Shown: piece by piece, positions 1 through 8,321 of the stretch
How the letters are laid out: the number at the start of each line of letters is the position of its first letter
How positions within the stretch are numbered: the stretch's first letter is position 1
DNA from: an uncultured Acidobacteriota bacterium
GTDB lineage: Bacteria; Acidobacteriota; Thermoanaerobaculia; Multivoradales; UBA5704
Length of the DNA stretch: 64,000 bases
Direction: 5' to 3'
NCBI GenBank assembly: GCA_963700145.1
Contig: OY969474.1
Coordinates: 672,001-736,000 of the forward strand
Program-made: the position numbers and the translations under genes
Notes under the pieces: generated by a model
What the model was told of the DNA's origin: nothing
The model's database searches: none
What the model saw: the letters and a program-made list of their open reading frames with translations, nothing else

Positions 1-177
1 GTTGTCGCGCACCTTGAGCTGGATGCCGCACTGCTGGCCGCAGAAGCAGCAGTGGGTCTTGACCAGCCGGTCGGGCGGGTTCGCGCGCTGCTCCTCGAAG
101 CCGCCGGGCGGCTCGTAGGCGAGCCGCGGGCCGTAGCGTGCCATCAGCGCCGCGGCGTCGAGCGGCGGCTCAGCCAC
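1..177 (-). CDS. Molybdopterin oxidoreductase (nitrate-reductase-like) catalytic subunit, 5' part only (runs off window)
   Basis: Hand translation from GTG at 177: MAEPPLDAAALMARYGPRL...VKTHCCFCGQQCGIQLKVRDN. Has the CxxCxxxC N-terminal 4Fe-4S motif of DMSO-reductase-family enzymes and overlaps the stop of the narK fusion. Not in the ORF track. Confidence 0.8.
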   Translation of the reverse strand, partial: MAEPPLDAAALMARYGPRLAYEPPGGFEEQRANPPDRLVKTHCCFCGQQCGIQLKVRDN

Positions 178-2404
178 GGGCCTCCTCCTTCAAGCGGAGC
201 TGCGCGTTGGCCAGGGTCTTCCGCTTGCACGCCGGGCAGAGGTCCTGCCAATGGCCGCCCGTCAGGGCATAGTCGAAGCCCAGCTCGCGCAGCGCCAGCT
301 TGAGGTCCTCGACGTGCATGCGCGAGCCGAAGCGCTCGCCGCAGCGGGCGCAGGTGGCCCCTTCCCCCTCGTCGCCCACCTGGTGGTAGAGCTTGACGCC
401 GAGCTGGGCGGGACGCTGGAAGATGTGGAAGAACTTGCCGAAGGGCAGGTAGAGGAGGGCGGCGACCACGGTGACGGCGTGGAGGATGGCGAGGAAGCCG
501 TAGAAGCTCCCCGCCAGCCAGACCGTCGAGGCGGTCAGGGCCAGGCCGGTCACCGAGATGGCGAAGAGCAGGACGAGCGGGAAGAAGTCGCGCCCGAAGT
601 TCTGCACCGCCCGCGCCCCGCGGTCCGTCATCCGCCGCCAGAGGGCGAGGCCGATGCCGCCCAGCACCAGCACCGCCGCGATGTCGAGGCCGTGGAAGAG
701 CAGCCACGACCAGACGGTGCGGATGCGGAAGGAGCCGGTGGGGAAGCCGAAGAGGTAAGTGACGTAAGTCATCTGGTCCCCGCCGGCGCTGCCGAAGTGG
801 ATCCAGCCGAAGACCAGCGGGAAGGTGATCGCCGCCGCCAGCAGGCAGCCCCAGAAGAGGAGCTGGTGCATCCACCAGCGCTGCCTCGAGCGCTGGCGGA
901 TGAAGCTTTGCGCCGCGAGGTGCGTCCAGGCGAGCGGCAGCAGGCTGCGGAGGCTGCGCGCCGGCCCCAGCCGCCGGGCGAGCTGCCAGCCGCGGCGCCA
1001 GTAGATCCGCGTCGGCGGCTTCTGCAGCCAGACCCAGTAGTGGTAGGCCACGCCCCAGGTCGCGAAGACGACGGCGAAGGTGTAGACCACCAGCGCGGGA
1101 TCGAAGTTCTGCAGCTTGCGCGAGCCGACGACGATGGCGGCGGCCAGGAGCGCGGTCCAGAAGGTCGCCCAGGCGCCGGCGCGCAGGCGGTCGGCGGTGC
1201 GGGTGAGCTCGGGCGGCAGCGCCAGCTCGAGCGCCTCCTGCCGCGCCAGGAAGACGCGGCGGGCGATCCACCAGAGCAGCAGCGACGTGGCGGCGAGGAG
1301 CGCGAAGCCCGGCCAGATCACCCCCAGGCGGTCGCGGAAGAGGCCGAGCAGCAGCGGCGGGAAGAAGCCCCCGAGGCCGCCCATCGCGCCGACCAGGCCG
1401 GTGACGGTGGCGGTCTCCTGCGGGAAGTACTGCGGCACCAGCTTGAAGACCGCGCCGTTGCCGAGGCCGAGGAGCGCCGCGCAGCCGAGCGCCCCGACGG
1501 TGAAGGGGAGCATCGCCGGCCAGGTCAGGAGGAGGGCGAACGGGACGACGCCGAGGAAGACGCCGGCGACGACGCGCGCGCCGCCGATGCGGTCCGCGAG
1601 CCAGCCGCCGACGGGCCGCAGCAGGGTCGCCAGCAGCACGAACCCGGCGGCGCGGAACCCGGCGTCGGCCGCAGACAGCCCGAAGTCGTCGCGCAGCAGG
1701 CTCGGCAGGTAGATCGCGAAGGCGACGAAGCCGCCGAAGGTCAGGAAGTAGAAGAGGGCCAGGACCCACGCGAGCCGCGAGCGCAGCACCCGCAGCAGCG
1801 GCGCCAACCCCTGCGGTCGGGGAGCGGCCGGCGCGTTGCGGGCCAGCAGGGCCCAGACGATCCCCCAGGCGACGAGCAGGACGGCGACGCCGCGGAAGAC
1901 ACTCTGCCAGCCGATCGCCGCCGCCGCCAGCGGCCCGAGGAAGACTGCCGCCGACTGCCCGACGTTGCCCAAGCCGTAGACGCCGAGCGCTCCCCCCTGG
2001 CGCGCCGCCGGCGTCCAGCGCGAAACGTAGCCGACGCCCACGGGGAAGGTGGTGCCGGCGATCCCCAGGCAGAAGGCGGCGGCGAGGAGCTGGCCGAAGC
2101 CGTCGGCGTGCGGCACCAGCCAGACCGGCACGGCGGCCAGCGGCAGCAGGACGGCGAAGACCAGCCGGCCCCCGAAGCGGTCGGCGAGCATGCCGGCCGG
2201 CAGGCGCCCGACCGCGCCCAGGAGGACGGGCAAGGCGACGAGCAGCGCGGTGCGCGTGGCGCTGAGCGCGAAGAGCTCGCGGAAACGCGGCGCGAACGCG
2301 CCGATCAACCCCCAGGCGGCGAAGGAGACGGCGAACGAAACGGTGGCGAGGGCGAGATGGCGGGGCGAGGAAGGGGCCGGGGGAGTGGCGGCAGTCGACG
2401 TCAC
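170..2404 (-). CDS. narK: NarK/NasA-type nitrate/nitrite MFS transporter fused to a NarI-like membrane domain with C-terminal CxxC...CxxC
   Basis: N-terminal ~390 aa with nitrate-signature motifs (GLGNVGQS, GLGNGAVFKLVP, GAMGGLGGFFPP, FGGFVAF). C-terminal multi-TM domain (RWWMHQLLFWG, LHAVTV, PFGKFFHIFQRP) and CARC...CPAC. Confidence 0.85.
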   Translation of the reverse strand: MTSTAATPPAPSSPRHLALATVSFAVSFAAWGLIGAFAPRFRELFALSATRTALLVALPVLLGAVGRLPAGMLADRFGGRLVFAVLLPLAAVPVWLVPHADGFGQLLAAAFCLGIAGTTFPVGVGYVSRWTPAARQGGALGVYGLGNVGQSAAVFLGPLAAAAIGWQSVFRGVAVLLVAWGIVWALLARNAPAAPRPQGLAPLLRVLRSRLAWVLALFYFLTFGGFVAFAIYLPSLLRDDFGLSAADAGFRAAGFVLLATLLRPVGGWLADRIGGARVVAGVFLGVVPFALLLTWPAMLPFTVGALGCAALLGLGNGAVFKLVPQYFPQETATVTGLVGAMGGLGGFFPPLLLGLFRDRLGVIWPGFALLAATSLLLWWIARRVFLARQEALELALPPELTRTADRLRAGAWATFWTALLAAAIVVGSRKLQNFDPALVVYTFAVVFATWGVAYHYWVWLQKPPTRIYWRRGWQLARRLGPARSLRSLLPLAWTHLAAQSFIRQRSRQRWWMHQLLFWGCLLAAAITFPLVFGWIHFGSAGGDQMTYVTYLFGFPTGSFRIRTVWSWLLFHGLDIAAVLVLGGIGLALWRRMTDRGARAVQNFGRDFFPLVLLFAISVTGLALTASTVWLAGSFYGFLAILHAVTVVAALLYLPFGKFFHIFQRPAQLGVKLYHQVGDEGEGATCARCGERFGSRMHVEDLKLALRELGFDYALTGGHWQDLCPACKRKTLANAQLRLKEEARG

Positions 2405-2502
2405 GGGGCTCTGTCGGCTCGCCCGAGTTCTACCACAACGCGGGCGGGCCTTCGAGGGACGGGTGCTAGAGTTTCGGCGTGCTCTCCAGTCCCGAGAGCC
2501 CG

Positions 2503-3855
2503 ATGAGCCTGCGCGCCTTGCGCGGCGTGGCGCTGCTCGGCCTGGTGCTCTTCGTCGCCCTGCTCGAGGTGACGCGGCACGTCCTTTACCGCTATCTCGA
2601 CACCGCGCTGGGGCACCTGCTGATGGACGCCGTCGTTGTCCTCGGCGCGCTAGTCTTCTTCGCCGCGGTCTTCCAGCTCGTCGGGCAGCTCCAGCGCCAA
2701 CTGGCGCGCCAGAACGAGGAGCTCCTGGCGCTCCACCGCGCCGGCCTCGACATCCACGGCGAGCTGGCGCTCGACGCTGTGCTGCAGAAGGTGGTCGACC
2801 AGGCCGCCCATCTCCTCGACGCCCGCTACGGGGCGCTCTCGGTCATCGATGAGCAGGACAGGATCGAGACCTTCGTCACCTCGGGGATCACCCCCGAGGA
2901 GCGGGCGCGGATCGGCGACCCGCCGCGCGGCCACGGCGTCCTCGGCGTGCCGCTGCACGAGGGGCAGCGGCTGCGCCTCCCCGACCTGGCGCGGCACCCC
3001 CGCTCGTCGGGCTTCCCGCCGCACCACCCGCCGATGCGCTCGCTCCTCGCCGTCCCCGTGCCCTGCAAGGGGGGCTTCCGCGGCAACCTCTACCTGGCCG
3101 AGAAGCGCGCCGAGCAGGAGTTCTCGGCCTCCGACGAGGAGACGCTGGTGCGCTTCGCCACGCAGGCCGCGATCGCCATCGACAACGCCCAGCTCCACCA
3201 GCGGCTGCGCGCCCTGGCGGTGGCCGAGGAGCGGCTGCGCATCGCCCACGACATGCACGACGGCCTGGCGCAGGTGCTCGCCTACGTCAACACCAAGGCG
3301 CAGGCGGTCCAGGAGTTCCTCCGCGCCGGGAAGCCCGAGACCGCGGACGCCCAGCTCGAGGAGCTGGCGGCCGCCGCCCGCGAGGTCTACGCCGACGTGC
3401 GCGAGGGGATCATCGACCTGCGCACGGTCCAGGACCCGGAGCGCACCCTGACCGAGTCGCTCCGCGCCTACGTGGCCGACTGGCAGGACCGCAGCGGCGT
3501 CCGCGCCGAGCTCCTGGCCGACGCGGACCTGGCGCTGCCGCCGGCCGCGGAGGTGCAGCTCGCGCGCATCGTGCAGGAGGCGCTGACCAACGTCCGCAAG
3601 CACGCGCACGCCCGGGCGGTGCGGGTGGAGATCCGCGGCGGCAAGGACCGCCTGCTGCTGACGGTGGCCGACGACGGCCTCGGCTTCGATCCGGCGCAGC
3701 AGCGGCCGTCGGAGCTCCCGCGCTTCGGCCTCGCCACTATGCGCGAGCGCGCCGAGAGCGTCGGCGGGCGGCTGGAGATCGACTCCGCGCCCGGCGCCGG
3801 CACCAGCGTGCGCGTGGACCTGCCGCTCGGCGCCGCCGCGCGGGCGGCTTCCTAG
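2503..3855 (+). CDS. GAF-domain sensor histidine kinase (HisKA_3; NarX/DosS-like)
   Basis: Two N-terminal TM helices, GAF domain (GFPPHHPPMRSLLAVP), EERLRIAHDMHD phospho-His box, QEALTNVRKHA, DDGLGF, GLATMRERA. ATG at 2503 preferred. Confidence 0.9.
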   Translation: MSLRALRGVALLGLVLFVALLEVTRHVLYRYLDTALGHLLMDAVVVLGALVFFAAVFQLVGQLQRQLARQNEELLALHRAGLDIHGELALDAVLQKVVDQAAHLLDARYGALSVIDEQDRIETFVTSGITPEERARIGDPPRGHGVLGVPLHEGQRLRLPDLARHPRSSGFPPHHPPMRSLLAVPVPCKGGFRGNLYLAEKRAEQEFSASDEETLVRFATQAAIAIDNAQLHQRLRALAVAEERLRIAHDMHDGLAQVLAYVNTKAQAVQEFLRAGKPETADAQLEELAAAAREVYADVREGIIDLRTVQDPERTLTESLRAYVADWQDRSGVRAELLADADLALPPAAEVQLARIVQEALTNVRKHAHARAVRVEIRGGKDRLLLTVADDGLGFDPAQQRPSELPRFGLATMRERAESVGGRLEIDSAPGAGTSVRVDLPLGAAARAAS

Positions 3856-3864
3856 GAGAGACCG

Positions 3865-4521
3865 ATGCGGGTGCTCATCGCCGACGACCATGCCCTCTTC
3901 CGCGACAGCCTGAAGAGCCTCCTCACCGCCCGCGGCCACGAGGTCGTGGCGGAGGCGAAGAACGGGCGCGAGGCGGTCGAGCTGGCGCAGCGCGTGCGCC
4001 CCGACGTCGTCCTCATGGACCTCATGATGCCGGAGCTCGACGGCCTTGCCGCCACGCGGCTGATCAGCGCCGACCTGCCGGACGTCAAGGTCGTCGTCCT
4101 CACCGCCTCCGACGACGACGCCAACCTCTTCGAGGCGATCAAGTCCGGCGCCCAGGGCTACCTGCTCAAGAACCTGGAGTCCGGCGAGTTCTTCGCGCTG
4201 CTCGAGGCGGTGGGGGAGGGGGAGCCGGCGCTGACCCCGGCGCTGGCACGCAAGCTCCTCACCGAGTTCGCCAAGCCCAGCCAGGCCCCCAAGACCGCGC
4301 CGGACCCCGACGCCCTGACCGACCGCGAGCAGAGCGTCCTCGAGCTGCTGGTGCAGGGGGTGACCTCGAACCGGCGCCTCGCCACGCAGCTCGGCGTCAG
4401 CGAGAACACCGTCAAGTTCCACGTCCGCAACATCCTCGACAAGCTGCACCTGCACAACCGCGCGCAGGTCGTCGCCTTCGCCCTGCGCAACCGGCTCGCC
4501 GGCCCCGGCGCCAAGCCGTAG
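3865..4521 (+). CDS. NarL/LuxR-family response regulator
   Basis: Receiver domain (IADDH, DVVLMD, GYLLK) plus LuxR HTH (LTDREQSVL...SENTVKFHVRNILDKL). RBS GGAGAG. Confidence 0.95.
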   Translation: MRVLIADDHALFRDSLKSLLTARGHEVVAEAKNGREAVELAQRVRPDVVLMDLMMPELDGLAATRLISADLPDVKVVVLTASDDDANLFEAIKSGAQGYLLKNLESGEFFALLEAVGEGEPALTPALARKLLTEFAKPSQAPKTAPDPDALTDREQSVLELLVQGVTSNRRLATQLGVSENTVKFHVRNILDKLHLHNRAQVVAFALRNRLAGPGAKP

Positions 4522-4527
4522 CGATTC

Positions 4528-4543
4528 CTACCCTCCCGGGTGG
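4528..4543. promoter_or_regulatory. Candidate 16-bp palindromic operator CTACCC-TCCC-GGGTGG
   Basis: Same motif recurs at 11686, 14034, 24287, 24311, 31076, 31099 and 35158, all intergenic and upstream of genes. Confidence 0.5.
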
Positions 4544-4644
4544 GACCGCTCCCCACCCGCCGGCGCGCGCCGCTCCGCCCCTCGGGGTGTCGGCGCCGGC
4601 GCCGTTGCAGGCGAGAGTGCCGTCCAACCACGGAGGCCCCCGCC

Positions 4645-5100
4645 ATGCACGACTTGCGCGTTCGCGACCTGATGAGCCCCGGAGTCATCGCCGTCGGCCC
4701 CGAGGAGAGCCTCGCCAAGGCCCACGAGCTGATGCTGGAGCACCGCATCCGGCACCTCCTCGTGGTCGACGCCGACGGCGACCTCGTCGGCCTCCTCACC
4801 CACCGCGACCTGCTCCGCCACTCGCTGATCGAGCAGGTGGCGCTGCCGCCGAGCTTCGCCCGCAGCGTCCTGCGGCGGATCCGCGTCGAGGAGGCGATGA
4901 CCTCGGAGGTGGAGACCGCCGACCCCGACCAGTTCCTGGGCGAGGCCGCGGTCACCATGTTCGACAACAAGTACGGCTGCCTGCCGGTGGTCGAAGGCGC
5001 GCGGCCGGTCGGCATCCTCACCGAGGCGGACTTCGTCCGCTTCTTCGCGCTGTCGCGTCGGCGGCCGGTGCTCGCCCTGGTGGGAGGTTGGCGGGCGTGA
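4645..5100 (+). CDS. CBS-domain pair protein (AcuB-like)
   Basis: VRDLMS...IRHLLVVD...VGLLTHRDL and GCLPVVE...VGILTEADF. ATG at 4645 after GGAGG. Confidence 0.9.
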   Translation: MHDLRVRDLMSPGVIAVGPEESLAKAHELMLEHRIRHLLVVDADGDLVGLLTHRDLLRHSLIEQVALPPSFARSVLRRIRVEEAMTSEVETADPDQFLGEAAVTMFDNKYGCLPVVEGARPVGILTEADFVRFFALSRRRPVLALVGGWRA

Positions 5101-6332
5101 GCGCCGCGCCGGCGCTGCTCAAGCTCGACCTCTACTGCCGCGGGCTCCGCCTGGACGACTCCTGCTTTCTCGAGCGGGACGGCGGCCGGCAGATCCTGCG
5201 CACCCGCGCCGGCCTGGGGAGCGGCCTCGAGCTCGTCCTCCCCGGCGGCCTCTGGACCAACGTCCCGGTGAGCGAGCGCTTCGCCACCCGCTCCCCCTAC
5301 ACGCTGCACCGCGCCGACGGCCGCTACCGGCTGCGCCGGGACGGCGAGGACGTAGCGCCGGTCGAGCTGGCGCCGCGCCCCGGCTGGTACGAGCGGACGA
5401 CGGCGAGCGGCAAGCCGATGACCCGAATCGGCACGCTCCAGGGCACTTACCTGGGCATCTACCAGGCCAAGGTCTGCGAGTACTGGACGCAGAAGCCGCA
5501 GCGGGTCAACTGCAAGTTCTGCTCGGTGGGCTTGAACCTCGGCCTCGACGACGCCGACGAGAAGTCGGTGGCCGAGGTGCTGGAGGTAGTGCAGGCGGCG
5601 CGCGACGAGTCGGGGATCACCTACGTCGACTTCAACACCGGCCACTACGACGGCGACACCTACCTCGACCTGCTGGAGCCCTACATCCGGCGCATCAAGA
5701 GCGAGCTGGGCTTGCTGGTGGGCGTGCAGACGCCGCCGCACCGCGACCTCGAGCGCTACCGCGCCCTGCGCGCGATGGGGGTCAACCGCGTTTCCTTCTG
5801 CTTCGAGATCTGGGACCACCAGCTCTTCCGCACGATCTGCCCGGGCAAGGACGCCGAGTACGGCCTCGACCACTACCTGGAGGCGATCCGCTACTGCGCC
5901 GCGCTCGGCCGCACCGGGCCGCGCGACGAGCCCTGGGTGACCAATGGCGAGATCATCGCCGGCCTCGAGCCGCCGGCATCGTCGATCGCGGCGATCGACT
6001 GGATCACCGCGGTCGGCGCCATCCCCACGGTCTGCGTCTTCCGGCCGCTCACCGGCACCGACCTCGAGAACGCCGAGCCGCCGCGCACCGAAGACCTGGT
6101 GCCGGTCTTCCGCCGCCTCTACGAAGCCTGCATGGAGCGCGGCCTGCCGATCGGCTGCGCGCCGAACGTCCACGTCAGCCTGGTGCTGCTGCCGGAGGAG
6201 TGCCGCGGCCTCTCGCCGCGCCGCTACCCGCTGCAGAGCCTGAAGCTCAAGACCATGGCCGCGGTCTTCGCCCGCCGCTTCGAGCGGCGGTGCGCGGCGC
6301 GCGCCGACACCGGCCGCGCTGCCGCGGCCTGA
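5097..6332 (+). CDS. Radical SAM protein with atypical CX11CX2C motif (resembles MSMEG_0568-type family)
   Basis: GTG at 5097 overlaps the CBS stop. RTRAGLGSG N-terminal motif, CEYWTQKPQRVNCKFC, IIAGLE, VFRPLTGT. Confidence 0.75.
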   Translation: MSAAPALLKLDLYCRGLRLDDSCFLERDGGRQILRTRAGLGSGLELVLPGGLWTNVPVSERFATRSPYTLHRADGRYRLRRDGEDVAPVELAPRPGWYERTTASGKPMTRIGTLQGTYLGIYQAKVCEYWTQKPQRVNCKFCSVGLNLGLDDADEKSVAEVLEVVQAARDESGITYVDFNTGHYDGDTYLDLLEPYIRRIKSELGLLVGVQTPPHRDLERYRALRAMGVNRVSFCFEIWDHQLFRTICPGKDAEYGLDHYLEAIRYCAALGRTGPRDEPWVTNGEIIAGLEPPASSIAAIDWITAVGAIPTVCVFRPLTGTDLENAEPPRTEDLVPVFRRLYEACMERGLPIGCAPNVHVSLVLLPEECRGLSPRRYPLQSLKLKTMAAVFARRFERRCAARADTGRAAAA

Positions 6333-6356
6333 GGACAAGGGTCCGAGGCGGAGGTG

Positions 6357-6394
6357 AGTTCCGCAAGTCCTGCAGGATGAAGCTGTCGATCGTG
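6357..6394. repeat. 38-bp copy of the mtrB 3' region (direct repeat with 8408-8445)
   Basis: agttccgcaagtcctgcaggatgaagctgtcgatcgtg vs agttccgcaggtcctgcaggatgaagctgtcgatcgtg, 1 mismatch. Confidence 0.85.
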
Positions 6395-6430
6395 CAAGAG
6401 CAGATTTGCTCCCGGTGCGCCGACTCCGCC

Positions 6431-7978
6431 ATGCTGAGGCACCCGGAGCCGTCCCGCTTGATCCCCTCACCGCCTTCCGACCACGCGCTTTCCCTCGAGC
6501 GCGAGATCGCGGCCTTCGAGGCGCTCAAGCCACGGCTCCTCGAAGTCTGGGACGCGCTCACCCTTCGCGACCACGCGGAGCACACGTCGGTGGTGGTGCC
6601 CTCCCTGACGCTCGACCAGGAGGATCTGCAGAACCTCGCCGGCGCCAGCTACTACGAGGAGCGGTTGCTCTTCCTGTTGATCCGCCTGCGCAACCCCCGG
6701 GCCCGGGTCGTCTACGTCACGTCCCAGCCGATCCATCCCGACGTCCTCGAGTACTACCTCCAACTCCTCGCCGGCATCCCGGCCAGCCATGCCCGCGCGC
6801 GGCTGACCCTGCTCTGCGCGCACGACGCCTCGCCCCGCTCGCTCACCGAGAAGGTCCTCGAGCGCCCCCGCTTGATCGAGCGGATCCGGCGGGGGATACC
6901 CGACTGCTCGCGCGCCTATCTGACGGTCTTCAACTCGACACCGCTTGAGCGGCGGCTGGCGGTGCTGCTCGGCATTCCGCTCAACGGCTGCGATCCGGCG
7001 CTCGCCCACCTCGGCTCGAAGTCCGGTTCGCGCCGGGTGTTTCGCCGGGCGGGGGTATCCCTGCCGGCGGGGTTCGAGGACCTCCACGACCGCAGCGAGA
7101 TCGAGGAGGCGCTCGCGGCGCTCGGCCGCGAGCGGCCGGGGCTCCGGCGAGCCGTGCTGAAGCTGGACGACAGCTTCTCCGGGAAGGGGAACGCGCTCGT
7201 GCGCCTGCCGGCGGCAGGGGGTCGCGACGCGCTGCGGCGGGCCGTCGACCGGCTCGAATTCACCGTCCCGGGCGAGAGCAGCGATGACTACTTCACGAAG
7301 TTCTCGCGGATGGGCGGCGTCGCCGAAGAATTCATCGAGGGCCTGGACAAGACGGCGCCGAGTGCGCAACTGCGCATCGATCCGCGCGGCGAGGTCGTGC
7401 CGCTCTCGACACACGACCAGGTGATGGGCGGGCCCGGCGGCCAGGTCTTCCTCGGCTGCACGTTCCCGGCACGTGACGAATACCGCGGTGCCGTGCAGGA
7501 CGCGGCTGCCAAGATCGGCACGGTCCTCAGCGCCGAGGGCGTGGTGAGCCGCTTCGGCGTTGACTTCCTCGCCTGGCGCGAAGCCGCCTCACCCGCCTGG
7601 CGCCTGGCGGCGCTCGAGATCAACTTGCGCATGGGCGGGACCACGCATCCGTTTCTGGCGCTCCAGTTCCTCACCGGCGGCGCGGTCGACCCGGCGACCG
7701 GCGTCTTCTACGCGCCGAGCGGCAAGCCGAAGTTCTACCGGGCGACGGACAACCTGGAGAGCCCCAGGTACCGCGGGCTGCTGCCCGAGGACCTCATCGA
7801 CATCCTGACGATGAACGGGCTGCACTACGACTACGCCTCGGAGTCCGGCGCGCTCTTCCACCTGCTCGGCGCGACCTCCGAGTTCGGCAAGCTCGGCATG
7901 GTCGCCATCGCCAGCTCGCGCGGGGAGGCGGATGCCGTCTACGAGCAGGCGCTCGCGGTCCTCGACCGCGAGGCCTAA
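6431..7978 (+). CDS. PGM1-related ATP-grasp peptide ligase-like protein
   Basis: VVVPSL...YEERLLFLLIRLRNP...YVTSQP pre-ATP-grasp domain, GSKSGSR, KLDDSFSGKGN, EINLRMGGTTHP. Start uncertain (6377 or 6431). Confidence 0.8.
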   Translation: MLRHPEPSRLIPSPPSDHALSLEREIAAFEALKPRLLEVWDALTLRDHAEHTSVVVPSLTLDQEDLQNLAGASYYEERLLFLLIRLRNPRARVVYVTSQPIHPDVLEYYLQLLAGIPASHARARLTLLCAHDASPRSLTEKVLERPRLIERIRRGIPDCSRAYLTVFNSTPLERRLAVLLGIPLNGCDPALAHLGSKSGSRRVFRRAGVSLPAGFEDLHDRSEIEEALAALGRERPGLRRAVLKLDDSFSGKGNALVRLPAAGGRDALRRAVDRLEFTVPGESSDDYFTKFSRMGGVAEEFIEGLDKTAPSAQLRIDPRGEVVPLSTHDQVMGGPGGQVFLGCTFPARDEYRGAVQDAAAKIGTVLSAEGVVSRFGVDFLAWREAASPAWRLAALEINLRMGGTTHPFLALQFLTGGAVDPATGVFYAPSGKPKFYRATDNLESPRYRGLLPEDLIDILTMNGLHYDYASESGALFHLLGATSEFGKLGMVAIASSRGEADAVYEQALAVLDREA

Positions 7979-8016
7979 CGGTCCCGCCGCACCTCGCGGT
8001 CGACGCGGTCGACGAA

Positions 8017-8314
8017 GCGGCACCAGCCAGACCGGCACTGCGGCCAGCGGCAGCAGGACGGCGAAGACCAGCCGGTCCCCGAAGCGGTCGGCCAGCATGC
8101 CGGCCGGGAGGCGCCCGACCGCGCCCAGGAGGACGGGCAGGGCGACGAGCAGGGCGGTGCGCGTGGCGCTGAGCGCGAAGAGCTCGCGGAAGCGCGGCGC
8201 GAAGGCGCCGATCAACCCCCAGGCGGCGAAGGAGACGGCGAACGAAACGGTGGCGAGGGCGAGATGGCGGACCGAGGACGAGGCCGGCTGGGTGGCGGCG
8301 GCGGTCGACGTTAC
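8017..8314 (-). pseudogene. Truncated duplicate of the narK 5' end
   Basis: Near-identical to ~2110-2404, mostly third-position differences. Start GTG changed to GTA. Homology stops after ...VPVWLVP. Confidence 0.85.
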
Positions 8315-8321
8315 GGCACCG

